In this document: piece after piece, positions 9,391-22,861 of the stretch | How the letters are laid out: every line of letters starts with the position of its first letter | How positions within the stretch are numbered: the stretch's first letter is position 1 | NCBI GenBank assembly: GCA_051530055.1 | Contig: CM121341.1 | Span: 15,416,784-15,480,783, forward strand | Origin: Neoechinorhynchus agilis | Taxonomy: Eukaryota > Animalia > Acanthocephala | Direction of reading: 5' to 3' | DNA length: 64,000 nt | Program-made: the position numbers and the translations under genes | The notes under the pieces: generated by a model | Seen by the model: only the letters and a program-made list of their open reading frames with translations | Told to the model about the DNA's origin: nothing | Databases searched by the model: none

Positions 9391-10726
9391 CTCATATTGG
9401 TTAGAGATTATCGGGGCAATATATTATTTCACACTAATTTTCTAGAGGCGTTCATAGCTTCTAAGAATTGACCCTTATTTACTGAAGTGCACTTTTTAAT
9501 CCGAGGATTGAATTGTCGACGACGCTAGTAATCATGGTCAGCTTTTTATGTTTCTCTAGATGGTCGATCTTATTGTTTTGCAGTAATACGCTTCATTTAG
9601 TGATTAGACAGGTTTTCATATTTGTGCCCTTCGACTTCACTCTATCCTTTATCTTTCACTCGAAACTGGATCGCTATTCCTTGTAGTTCATTTAATAATG
9701 TACATCAATGATTTGAGATCGCAGCAAAGAGTAACGTAATGCAGGTCTATACAACGCCTATATTATTTACGTTTTATATCGATATCGTGCGCCATTCTAA
9801 GTGTGTGTGACAAGCACCTCTTGTTGCGATAATAATTCTTGTATTTTTTACATAGCAAAGCGTGTCGACCTGACTCGTCAACATTGGAGCCATGCCCATA
9901 TTCTTGTTGGTGAAAACTTATTTGGATATCGGATCATATTGACCTCGCCTTCTTTGTGAGCTTTGAAATTGTGTTATAGAATTTTATGTGCTTGTTCAGA
10001 AAGTCGCTCTGATCGTCCTTTGCATCTCTACTTGAGCGAAAATGAGAACATGCACTATTCAAAATAATAAAATTTGCATTTACAGTGCTAAGAATAACTG
10101 AGGCGAACCCGGTAGCCCACGCCATCACATCCACGTATCGTGGCCCCAGGGATAGTAAACCGAATACATTTGAGTATCGCGTGAATCAGTAGCGAATTAT
10201 TTATGTTCCATAGATTTTTCAGGTATATGGTGGCACTAAAACGTATCGAGCCCATGTTCGCTAAGTTTCTGTTCTGATGCTCAAGCGCTTTTCGGCATAG
10301 TCTAGAGTACATCAGATTTCGTGTCCTTACATGGACATGTTTTAGTCGAAATATTGCTTTATTCGTGGGTTTTTCTAGTCTATACATTTTTCCACAATCG
10401 CTAATATTTCGCATTTAGAATTTTCTGAGACTTTGACATTCGGATGAGAGAATTGAATTTTAACCATAAATAATTCATGATTTTGAACCGTATTCTTAAG
10501 AGCCTGTATCCGCAAGTATAGTGAATGGTTCCTAAAATCACTTTGGACCAGTTACTCCGATGGGTATTTTTGTTATAATCCGAAACTTTGGGAGGTGGAT
10601 ATTAAGCATCCCCATTTCATTAGTCATTTGTCGACCTTTTAATTATGACTTTATTTTGGTAATGCAATGCACATTGATGCCCAAGACCATATTTTCATGA
10701 ATTTCCATTTTATATTTCGACTATTT

Positions 10727-13700
10727 GATTCCATGGAGTATATTTAATTGGAAGTTTATTAGTGTTCAACAAATATAAATGTGATCTCTTACAAGAAGCT
10801 GTTGAATGTGCTCATTGGGCTGAAACGCATTTAGAGCGATTCGCTTGTGTCACATGACTTTCGATTGTAGACGTAGTTCGGAATGTCTTTATTGTTTACC
10901 GTCTTACCAGCCGTCCTCTTCCCAGGCTCCATCCGCTGAAATCCTTGTGGTTTTGCTTGACGTTCCTTTATGTTGTTTGGATCGTACATCCATTAAGAAA
11001 CATTCTGCAACCTGTGGTTCTAAAAGCTCGGAGAAAATCACGCTCGACTGATAATTTGTTCCTTGTGCACTTCTAAAATTGAGATATTTTTTGTAACTTA
11101 AGAAATGATTCGTGGTTATGTTCACCATCCATTCATAGATTTATATTTAGTTGGTTCTTGATGCGAAATATGGAACGTTACTGATCATCAATCGGTGAAT
11201 ATGTCGAACTATTGATCGTTTCTACCACCGTCTAAATAAGCTTAGCATAAGTCTCGAATTTCCAAGGATATTGTCTTCTCACATTCTTATTTGCAATCTT
11301 AGTGGCCTCCCGATAATGTGGATTTATTGTCTGAATTGCTGTCAGTTATGAAACGTATACCATTCGTGCGTTATCATTTGCCTAGACGTTTTTCGGCATG
11401 CCATATCCTCCGACTTGGGTCTCTTTGAAAACGTAATGGTTTAATGGTTGTGGAAATCCAGTATCCGAAAACTCAGCAGTCGTCGCCTTATTTGTCAGGT
11501 TGGTGTCTCGTAAATGTTCTTAAATGTTTTAACTGGCAAGCCGGTTCTATTGATTCGTATTTATGATACGTCATACCGTTGAAGGGGGAAGCTTACTGAT
11601 GAATTCCGCCTCCTCGGGCGTTATCTAAAGACTCGGGGTGTGTGTTAAACCTAGTGGTGCTCCCAAAATAAGATTCGTCCTTTGTAATGACATTATGTCC
11701 GATCGTGGCAGTTTTCGTGATTGAAGATAGTTTAATCCACGTGGCACCACGATGAGAGATTAACAAGGATCCGGGGTTGGTTAATTCCATGGAGTATTTT
11801 TAATCGAAAGTTTATTAGTGTTCAACAAGTATAAATGTGATCTGTTACAAGAAGCTGTTGAATGTGCTCGTTGGGCGGAAACGTATTTAGTTCAAATAGT
11901 TTGTGTCATATGACTTTCGATTGTAGACGTAGTTGGGAATGTCTCTAGTGCTTACCGTCTTACCAGCCGTCCTCTTCCCAAGCTCCATCCGCTGAAATCC
12001 TTTTGGTTTTCCTTGACGTTCCTTTATGTTGTTCTGATCGTACATCCATTAAGAAACATTCTGCAACCTGTGGTTCTAACAGCCCGGAGAAATTCACGCT
12101 CGACTGATAATTTGTTCCTTGTGCACTTCTAAAATTGAGATATTTTTTTTATCTAAAGAAATGATTCGTGGTTATGTTCACCTTCCATTGATCGATTTAT
12201 GTTTCATTGGTTCTTGATGCGAAATATGGAACGTTACTGATCATCAATTGGTAAATAAGTCGCAATATTGATCGTTAATTTTGCCGTCTAAATAAGCTCA
12301 GCATAAGTCTCGAATTTCCAAGGATTTTGTCTTCTCACATTCTTATTTGCAATCTTAGTGGCCTCCCGATAATGTGGAATAATTGTCTGAATTGCTGTCA
12401 GTTATGAAACTTGTGCCATTCGTGCGTTATCATTTGCCTAGACGTTTTTCGGCATGCCATATCCTCCGACTTGGGTCTCTTTGAAAACGTAATGGTTTAA
12501 TTGTTGTGGAAATCCAGTATCCGAAAGCCCAGCAGTCGTCGCCTTATTTGTCAGTTTGGTGTCTCTTAAATGTTCTTAAATGTTTTAACTGGTAAGCCGA
12601 TTCTATTTATTCGTATTTAGGATACGTCATACCGTTGAAGGGGGAAGCTTACTGATGAATTCCGCCTCCTCGGGCGTTATCTAAGGACCCGGGGGTGTGC
12701 TACACCTTGTTGTGCTCCCAAACCAAGATTCGTCCTTTTGTAATGACATTATGTCCGCTCGTGGCAGTTTTCGTGATTGAAGATAGTTTAATCCACGTGG
12801 CACCACGATGAGAGATTAACAAGGATCCGTTGTTGGTTAATTCCATGGAGTTTATTTAATCGAAAGTATATTAGTGTTCAACAAGTATAAATGTGATCTG
12901 TTACAAGAAGCTGTTGAATGTGCTCGTTGGGCCGAAACGTATTTAGCTCAAATCGTTTGTGTCATATGACTTTCGATTGTAGACGTAGTTAGGAATGTCT
13001 CTAGTGTTTACCGTCTTACCAGCCGTCCTCTTCCCAAGCTGCATCCGCTGAAATCATTTTGGCTTTGCTTGACGTTCCTTTATGTTGTTTAGATCGTACA
13101 TCCATTAAGAAACATTCTGCAACGTGTGGTTCTAACAGCTCGGAGAAATTCACGCTCGACTGATAATTTGTTTCTTGTGCACTTCTAAAATTGAGATTTT
13201 TTTGTCTAAAGAAATGATTCGTGGTTATGTTCACCTTCCATTGATCGATTTATGTTTCATTGGTTCTTGGATGCGAAATATGGAACGTTACTGATCATCA
13301 ATTGGTAAATAAGTCGCAATATTGATCGTTAATTTTGCCGTCTACATGAGCTCAGCATAAGTCTCGAATTTCCAAGGATTTTGTCTTCTTACATTCTTAT
13401 TTGCAATCTTAGTGGCCTCCCGATAATGTGGAATAATTGTCTGAATTGCTGTCAGTTATGAAACTTGTACCATTCGTGCGTTATCATTTGCCTAGACCTT
13501 TTTTTTTTTGCCATATCCTGCGACTTGTGTCTCTTTGAAAACGTAATGGTTTAATGGTTGTGGAAATGCAGTATCCGAAAGCTCAGCAGTCTTCGCCTTG
13601 TTTGTCAGGTTGGTGTCTCTTAAATGTTCTTAAATGTTTTAACTGGCAAGCCGATTCTATTTATTCGGATTTAGGATACGTCATACCGTTTAATGGGGAA

Positions 13701-16700
13701 GCTTACTGATGATTTCCGCCTCCTCGGTCGTTATCTAAGGACCCGGGGGGGGTGTTACACCTTGTGGTACTCCCAAAATAAGATTCGTCCTTTTGTAATG
13801 AGATTATGTCCGCTTGTGGCAGTTTTCGTGATTGAAGATAGTTTAATCCACGTGGCAGCACGATGAGAGATTAAGAAGGATCCGGGGTTGGTTAGCTCCA
13901 TGGAGTATATTTAATCGAAAGTTTATTAGTGTTCAACAAGTATAAATGTGATCTGTTACAAGAAGCTATTGAATGTGCTCGTTTGGCGGAAACGTATTTA
14001 GCTCAAATCGTTTGTGTCATATGACTTTGGATTGTAGACGTAGTTGGGAATGTCTCTAGTGTTTACCGTCTTACCAGCCGTCCTCTTCCCAGGCTCCATC
14101 CGCTGAAATCCTTGTGGTTTTGCTTGACGTTCCTTTATGTTGTTTGGATCGTACATCCATTAAGAAACATTCCGCAACCTGTGGTTCTAACAGCTCGGAG
14201 AAAATCACGCTCGACTGATAATTTGTTTCTTGTGCACTTCTAAAATTGAGATATTTTTTGTAACTTTAGAAATTATTCGTGGTTATGTTCACCTTCCATT
14301 CATAGATTTATATTTAGTTCGTTCTTGATGCGAAATATGGAACGTTAATGATTATCAATCGGTGAATACGTCGAATTATTGATCGTTTCTACCGCCGTCT
14401 AAATAAGCTTAGCATAAGTCTCGAATTTCCAAGGATATTGTCCTCTCACATTCTTATTTGCAATCTTAGTAGCCTCCCGATAATGCGGAATTATTGTCTG
14501 AATTGCTGTCAGTTATGAAACTTGTGCCATTCGTGCGTGATCATTTGCCTAGACGTTTTTCGGCATGCCATATCCTCCGACTTGGGTCTCTTTGAAAACG
14601 TAATGGTTTAATGGTTGTGGAAATCCAGTATCCGAAAGCTCAGCAGTCTTCGCCTTATTTGTCAGGTTGGTGTCTCTTAAATGTTCTTAAATGTTTTAAC
14701 TGGCAAGCCGGTTCTATTGATTCGTATTTAAGATACGTCATACCGTTGACGGGGAAGCTTACTGATGATTTCCGCCTCCTCTTGCGTTATCTAAGGACCC
14801 GGGGTGTGCTACACCTTGTTGTGCTCCCAAACCAAGATTCGCCCTTTGTGATTATATTATGTCCGCTCGTGGCAGTTTTCGTGATTGAAGATAGTTTAAT
14901 CCACGTGGCACCACGATGAGAGATTAACAAGGATCCGGGGTTGGTTAATTCCATGGAGTATTTTTAATCGAAAGTTTATTAGTGTTCAACAAGTATAAAT
15001 GTGATCTGTTACAAGAAGCTGTTGAATGTGCTCGTTGGGCGGAAACGTATTTAGCTCAAATCGTTTGTGTCATATGACTTTCGATTGTAGACGTAGTTGG
15101 GAGTGTCTCTAGTGTTTACCGTCTTACCAGCCGTCCTCTTCCCAGGCTCCATCCGCTGAAATCATTTTGGTTTTGCTTGACGTTCCTTTATGTTGTTTAG
15201 ATCGTACATCCATTAAGAAACATTCCGCAACCTGTGGTTCTAACAGCTCGGAGAAATTCACGCTCGACTGATAATTTGTTCCTTGTGCACTTCTAAAATT
15301 GAGATATTTTTTTATCTAAAGAAATGATTCGTGGTTATGTTCACCTTCCATTGATCGATTTATGTTTCAATGGTTCTTGATGCGAAATATGGAATGTTAC
15401 TGATCATCAAGTTGTAAATATGTCGCAATATTGATCGATAATTTTGCCGTCTAAATAAGCTCAGCATAAGTCTCGAATTTCCAAGGATTTTGTCTTCTCA
15501 CATTCTTATTTGAAAAATCTTAGTGGCCTCCCGATAATGTGGAATTATTGTCTGAATTGCTGTCAGTTATGAAACTTGTGCCATTCGTGCGTTATCATTT
15601 GCCTAGACGTTTTTCGGCATGCCATATCCTCCGACTTGGGTCTCTTTGAAAACGTAATGGTTTAATTGTTGTGGAAATCCAGTATCCGAAAGCCCAGCAG
15701 TCGTCGCCTTATTTGTCAGTTTGGTGTCTCTTAAATGTTCTTAAATGTTTTAACTGGTAAGCCGATTCTATTTATTCGTATTTAGGATACGTCATACCGT
15801 TGAAGGGGGAAGCTTACTGATGAATTCCGCCTCCTCGGGCGTTATCTAAGGACCCGGGGGTGTGCTACACCTTGTTGTGCTCCCAAACCAAGATTCGTCC
15901 TTTTGTAATGACATTATGTCCGCTCGTGGCAGTTTTCGTGATTGAAGATAGTTTAATCCACGTGGCACCACGATGAGAGATTAACAAGGATCCGTTGTTG
16001 GTTAATTCCATGGAGTTTATTTAATCGAAAGTATATTAGTGTTCAACAAGTATAAATGTGATCTGTTACAAGAAGCTGTTGAATGTGCTCGTTGGGCCGA
16101 AACGTATTTAGCTCAAATCGTTTGTGTCATATGACTTTCGATTGTAGACGTAGTTAGGAATGTCTCTAGTGTTTACCGTCTTACCAGCCGTCCTCTTCCC
16201 AAGCTGCATCCGCTGAAATCCTTGTGGTTTTGCTTGACGTTCCTTTATGTTGTTTAGATCGTACATCCATTAAGAAACATTCTGCAACGTGTGGTTCTAA
16301 CAGCTCGGAGAAATTCACGCTCGACTGATAATTTGTTTCTTGTGCACTTCTAAAATTGAGATTTTTTTGTCTAAAGAAATGATTCGTGGTTATGTTCACC
16401 TTCCATTGATCGATTTATGTTTCATTGGTTCTTGATGCGAAATATGGAACGTTACTGATCATCAATTGGTAAATAAGTCGCAATATTGATCGTTAATTTT
16501 GCCGTCTACATGAGCTCAGCATAAGTCTCGAATTTCCAAGGATTTTGTCTTCTCACATTCTTATTTGCAATCTTAGTGGCCTCCCGATAATGTGGAATAA
16601 TTGTCTGAATTGCTGTCAGTTATGAAACTTGTACCATTCGTGCGTTATCATTTGCCTAGACGTTTTTCGGCATGCCATATCCTGCGACTTGTGTCTCTTT

Positions 16701-18836
16701 GAAAACGTAATGGTTTAATGGTTGTGGAAATGCAGTATCCGAAAGCTCAGCAGTCTTCGCCTTGTTTGTCAGGTTGGTGTCTCTTAAATGTTCTTAAATG
16801 TTTTAACTGGCAAGCCGATTCTATTTATTCGGATTTAGGATACGTCATACCGTTTAATGGGGAAGCTTACTGATGATTTCCGCCTCCTCGGGCGTTATCT
16901 AAGGACCCGGGGGGGTGTTACACCTTGTGGTACTCCCAAAATAAGATTCGTCCTTTTGTAATGAGATTATGTCCGCTTGTGGCAGTTTTCGTGATTGAAA
17001 ATAGTTTAATCCACGTGACAGCACGATGAGAGATTAAGAAGGATCCGGTGTTGGTTAGTTCCATGGAGTATATTTAATCGAAAGTTTATTAGTGTTCAAC
17101 AAGTATAAATGTGATCTGTTACAAGAAGCTATTGAATGTGCTCGTTTGGCGGAAACGTATTTAGCTCAAATCGTTTGTGTCATATGACTTTGGATTGTTG
17201 ACGTAGTTGGGAATGTCTCTAGTGTTTACCGTCTTACCAGCCGTCCTCTTCCCAGGCTCCATCCGCTGAAATCCTTGTGGTTTTGCTTGACGTTCCTTTA
17301 TGTTGTTTGGATCGTACATCCATTAAGAAACATTCCGCAACCTGTGGTTCTAACAGCTCGGAGAAAATCACGCTCGACTGATAATTTGTTTCTTGTGCAC
17401 TTCTAAAATTGAGATATTTTTTGTAACTTTAGAAATTATTCGTGGTTATGTTCACCTTCCATTCATAGATTTATATTTAGTTCGTTCTTGATGCGAAATA
17501 TGGAACGTTAATGATTATCAATCGGTGAATATGTCGAATTATTGATCGTTTCTACCGCCGTCTAAATAAGCTTAGCATAAGTCTCGAATTTCCAAGGATA
17601 TTGTCCTCTCACATTGTTATTTGCAATCTTAGTAGCCTCCCGATAATGCGGAATTATTGTCTGAATTGCTGTCAGTTATGAAACTTGTGCCATTCGTGCG
17701 TGATCATTTGCCTAGACGTTTTTCGGCATGCCATATCCTCCGGCTTGGGTCTCTTTGAAAACGGTAATGGTTGTGGAAATCCATCCGAAAGCTCAGCAGT
17801 CTTCGCCTTATTTGTCAGGTTGGTGTCTCTTAAATGTTCTTAAATGTTTTAACTGGCAAGCCGGTTCTATTGATTCGTATTTAAGATACGTCATACCGTT
17901 GACGGGGAAGCTTACTGATGATTTCCGCCTCCTCGGGCGTTATCTAAGGACCCGGGGTGTGCTACACCTTGTGGTGCTCCCAAAATAAGATTCGTCCTTT
18001 GTAATGACATTATGTCCGCTCGTGGCAGTTTTCGTGATTGAAGATAGTTTAATCCACGTGGCACCACGATGAGAGATAAACAAGAATCCGGGGTTGGTTA
18101 ATTCCATGGAGTATATTTAATCGAAAGTTTATTAGTGTTCAACAAGTATAAATGTGATCTCTTACAAGAAGCTGTTGAATGTGCTCGTTGGGCGGAAACG
18201 TATTTAGCTCAAATAGTTTGTGTCATATGACTTTCGATTGTAGACGTAGTTGGGAATGTCTCTAGTGTTTACCGTCTTACCAGCCGTCCTCTTCCCAAGC
18301 TCCATCCGCTGAAATCCTTTTGGTTTTCCTTGACGTTCCTTTATGTTGTTCTGATCGTACATCCATTAAGAAACATTCTGCAACCTGTGGTTCTAACAGC
18401 TCGGAGAAATTCACGCTCGACTGATAATTTGTTCCTTGTGCACTTCTAAAATTGAGATATTTTTTTATCTAAAGAAATGATTCGTGGTTATGTTCACCTT
18501 CCATTGATCGATTTATGTTTCAATGGTTCTTGATGCGAAATATGGAATGTTACTGATCATCAAGTGGTAAATATGTCGCAATATTGATCGATAATTTTGC
18601 CGTCTAAATTAGCTCAGCGTAAGTCTCGAATTTCCAAGGATTTTGTCTTCTCACATTCTTATTTGCAATCTTAGTATCCTCTTTATAATGTGAATTTATT
18701 GTCTGAATAACTGTCAGTTATGAAACGTATACCATTCGGACGTTATCATTTGTCTGGACGTTTTTCGGCATGCCATATCCTGCAACTTGGGTCTCTTTGA
18801 AAACGTAGTGGTTTCCTGGTTGTCGAAATCCAGTAT
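10727..18836. repeat. Macrosatellite: ~7.7 tandem monomers of 1043-1057 bp in a 3-monomer (~3165 bp) higher-order repeat
   Basis: Anchor CCATGGAG at 10731, 11787, 12843, 13898, 14951, 16008, 17061 and 18104. Diagnostic variants group monomers 2/5/8, 3/6 and 1/4/7; ORFs 13016..13234 and 16181..16399 are offset by 3165. Confidence 0.95.
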
Positions 18837-19489
18837 TGCTTATCTGCTGATTGTCCATCATGAACGGAAATAGTTAAATCGTTCAAAATTGTACATGAAG
18901 GTAGTTTGCTACTTGATAATTTGCGGTATTTTCAAATTTTAAGGATCAACATAAATTGACGATTTTCGCCTGTTTAGCACCGTTTATATGTTCCTGAATT
19001 CACCATGAAAACGTTGGCACCTTGTCCGAGTCAAGAATATTGTAGTTTTGAGTTGAAGTCTACTTCCCACTCTTGGCTAAAATTTTGTTTAATAAGATTT
19101 TAGTTAGCATTTGAAAATGTGGATAAATTTAAAATTACTAGACTTTGATTTCATGTGCTCATGGAAGATCTTTAGTTTCTATATTTGTTTTAGAATCATC
19201 AATTAAAAACACGCTGATCCACGTCTAACTGAATCTGTCCTTTTCTTAATCTTCTTGATTACGCTTTGGTCCCCATGTTCAAATGTTAGTTTGTTCGGTA
19301 TAGATGTTCAGTATGGAAGTTGTTGCTGTACTTTTGTTATAGATCATTTAAAAGTAAATTGCGAGAAATAGCAATATGGAATATTAATTAGAATCGTCCT
19401 GAGAGATTAGATTCTCTTTAGCGTCGACGATTTGTCCTCATTATTTTGACAATCATTGCAAACGGATTTGCCGGTTGAGCTTAAAGCAA

Positions 19490-20520
19490 AATCACTGAAT
19501 AGCTCTGTTCTTACTTTTCACTATACTTGAACTGCAGTTCGATAAAGCAATCATTCTTCGAAAAAGAAGCACTGGTCATCGTAGAATGCTTAAAGAATTG
19601 GGGACATCATCTTTCGGAAGAGACATTCACTATATTGACCGATCAAAGATGGATATCATTCATATTCGAAGTCAATCATAAAGGTAAAATCAAAAGCGAG
19701 AAAGTAATCCTTTTGCGCCCACAAATGTCGGAATTCATAATCAATATAATATATGTAGAGCTGGAAAAATTGACAGCGAAGTTTTTCAAACCTACCGCTT
19801 CAAACCTAATTCAAGCCAGATAGCCATTTGAAAGATTGCCGGTAGATTTTAAGGAACTCTGCTCGCATAAACAAGGTGACCCTACCTATCCGTAGCAGTT
19901 GACGGATACAGACGACACCCATTCGCTTTTGCGTTTAAAGACACTTCGTCAGCAATTACGATTCAGTGTCTACGATCAATCATTTCAATTTTCGGAGCTA
20001 CTGACTTCGTCCATTCGGATAAGCGCAACCTTCTTTGTTTCATCCGAATTCCGTTCGTATCTAGCAAAGATGGGAACAGCTTGTAGGTATTCTAGCCCAT
20101 ATCATCCCACCTGCAACGGACAAGCGGAGAGATTTAAACGGAATCGTGTGGAAAGCTATAAGATTCATTTTAAACGATATATTAATGGGGCTAGACAGTT
20201 GGAAATCTGTGCTATCAGATGTACTGCAATTAATACGAAGCTTAATAAGTACCGCGACTGGAGAAACACCTAATATGCGAATATTCCAAGTCAACATGAA
20301 GACGTCGATCAAATACTGTCTGCCAAAATAGATGTCTCCCGCTCCCATCTATATCCGAAACTTCAGGCCGAGCGGCAAAAAGCAATGACATGGTGGAGGG
20401 GGCAGAGCTAAAAAGCGTGAGCAACAAGGATGCCTCGGTGCATCTCAAGGACGGAAAGAGAAAGTAGTCTCAACTGGCGAATCGAATATTGTATCAAAAG
20501 AGATTGATCTGTTACAACAC
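19490..20520 (+). mobile_element. Ty3/gypsy LTR retrotransposon pol relic (RNase H plus integrase)
   Basis: EKEALVIVECLKNWGHHL...FTILTDQR (RNase H); FERLPVDFK, SSEFRSYL, SSPYHPTCNGQAERF (integrase core); many frameshifts. Confidence 0.85.
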
Positions 20521-20759
20521 GAATGTGGGTCGGAAAAGAAAAGATTCATTGACCGAAATTCGAACGATGGGCGCATATCTGAACCATCTCACCGAACATT
20601 ACGCCAAGGAACAGGAGAGCGGAAACCACTGGCTTATTTTAAAGACTACAAGGTGGGGTGATTGATATGATATCGATTGTGCTAAAATAGCGACATCGAT
20701 TAACAGTTTTTCTACTACATAAGTGTTTTCGTGTTTCTTGAGTTTTGTTAATAAAACCA

Positions 20760-20960
20760 TTTCATCTGGTCACAACAGGCTCTTTGAACGGAATGATGCG
20801 ACTCCCTTTCAAGATTCTAAAACGGCGGCCTCCTTCTGCAGGGTGTCAACTGACTGTTCCAATGGAAAAACCGAAGAGATACGTAATATAAAGACTTTTG
20901 AGCAGCGACAGCGTGAATACAACGAAGCTAGACTCAGGATCACTGGTAAAACTGGGGCCA
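20760..20960 (+). pseudogene. SUZ-domain fragment (SZRD1/R3H-SUZ-like)
   Basis: IKTFEQRQREYNEARLRITG resembles the SUZ consensus K(S/T)LEEREAEYxxARxRIxG; no complete gene model found. Confidence 0.5.
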
Positions 20961-21299
20961 AAGAATTGCACGGAATGCTTCTTACATGGGAGGTTCGGTG
21001 GAGGACACGATTGGTACTCCGTTGGAAAGGAAGCACGGCTTAGTAGTAGAGCGGCCATTACAAACTACGATGACGCTCGGGGCCACGCTGAACACTTTTT
21101 AACAGTTACGCAACTCTGTTTTTCTTTGATTGTTAATAAAATTCGATAAATCTCTTTTTAAAGAAATCAATTTTATTGTTCTTTACTGGCATTTCATTAA
21201 TGAACTCATTGAAATACCAACGAAAAGATAACTATTAAATTGTTAATAACATTGGCGTTTGAAAAATAAACGTGCGCGAAATTGAAGGGTTGAGAGTTG

Positions 21300-22850
21300 C
21301 CCTAATGTTTCTTGGAGTTAAAACAATATCTTCAGGCGTTATCAAGTACCTCAATTGCCTTAAGCACGATAATAAAACGGATGTTGCCTACGATTTTACC
21401 GTTTACTTTTATCATACGAAATGAATCGCACCAAATTTTATCATTTTTTCAACGATTTTCAATCACATTTATTTTATCTGGAAAATCTGGACTCGCCAAA
21501 TATCTCGTGGCTTTTAATAACCTTTCTCCAAAATTAACGGACCATTCGTTCGAATAGGTTCGCTCCTCACTGTCGAAAAAAATCATACCTAGTTTCGATT
21601 TCTGAGCTCATTGAGGAAAGTGCGTAATTATTCTTGAAAATTGTTTTAATGCCATTCAGTAACACGTTCCTACGAAGCGCAGTATCGGGCTTCTCAGTTT
21701 TGACTATCATGTCCATGCGATCAATGAAGGAACAGTCAAAAGCGTTCAACTCGAAGTTAGATGTACTCAGCAGAGTAACATTAATAATTCTTTTAATTGC
21801 ATTGTATTTATACTGCGGTTGTTTTCTGAAGCTGACTCAGAATTTATTCGGGCAGATTGTGCGATTAATATAGATAGGTTGCAGCCAATCGAAAGCTTGC
21901 GTTAACGACAATAATTCTGATTGGCTACAGCTGACATACTTTTGCATTTAGCACCGAGGATATGGGCTATTAAAGCAACACAATCGACTTGATGCACTTC
22001 TGCTACTCTCTTGTTGTGCAAAAGCCCATCTACCTCTTCCATGACAATGATTAAAAATTTGGATCTTTCTGGGTCTTCGCCAAAAATCAGTTTCGCTTTT
22101 TTCTTCCATTCCTTGTCAAATGCCAATATTGCCAATCTGTTTTCTAGAACAAATAGTTCTGATTCCATTAAACACTAGGCGTATTTTCTCGGAAGTTTCG
22201 CCAATGTAAGAAGAAAGCATTTCTTGATTGATTCCGATGAAATAAAAATCCATTTTTGTCTCTGAATGCCCGAATACTTAATTTCTGGGCAAGCGCTAGA
22301 AGTAGAGAAGTTTTTCCGGTTCCCAGTGGACCGTACAAGGGTACTATGAAATAAAAATCCATTTTTGTCCCTGAATGCCCGAATACTTAATTTCTGGGCA
22401 AGCGCTAGAAGTAGAGAAGTTTTTCCGGTTCCCGGTGGACCGTACAAGGGTACTATTTTTCCTACCTGAACCGCATCATGGTCAAATCCAGCCAAATGAA
22501 ATTCAATGATAAGAAGAGCTTTGTTCATCAGTTTGCTCTTAACCAAATCAGAATGAGATTTTCTAATTGTCCTTCGAAATCACCGTGTGGTAGTTTCCAA
22601 ATATTTACTAAATTAAATTTTCAACAATGATCCATATCGTCAATGTGGCTTGTGGGTAAGCCGTGATTTAGATAATAAAAATTTACACCTGGTTTCTCTG
22701 GACAAAGGTTATATTGCAGGGCTAGAGAGTAACGTAGAAGATTTCATCAAAGAATTTACTTCCCTCGGCTGTATATTATCTAACAATACAGCGTGATTCC
22801 ACCATTCATTGTTTTAGCATTTGTTACATTGTCAGCTGATTTTCTCGACC
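21300..22850 (-). pseudogene. TRIP13: Divergent TRIP13/Pch2-like AAA+ ATPase, disrupted
   Basis: WKLPHGDFEGQLENL, IVPLYGPPGTGKTSLLLALAQKLSIR (Walker A and Pch2-type follow-on), FLIIVMEEVDGL (Walker B-like), FIDRMDM; 109-bp internal duplication and frameshifts. Confidence 0.75.
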
Positions 22851-22861
22851 GCATGTATATA

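Noticed and set aside
10900-11300. Satellite derived from a MULE transposase (GEHNH and ERDFLRAF...LNGC look-alikes; SWIM-like CKC near 10050)
   Set aside because: Motifs are too close together, interrupted by stops, and the FH of GCxFH is missing; needs a profile search.
10727-18836. CRISPR array or tandem snRNA/5S/histone gene cluster
   Set aside because: Monomers are ~1056 bp and homologous along their whole length (no unique spacers); no U1, U2, U6, 5S or histone signatures seen; eukaryotic context.
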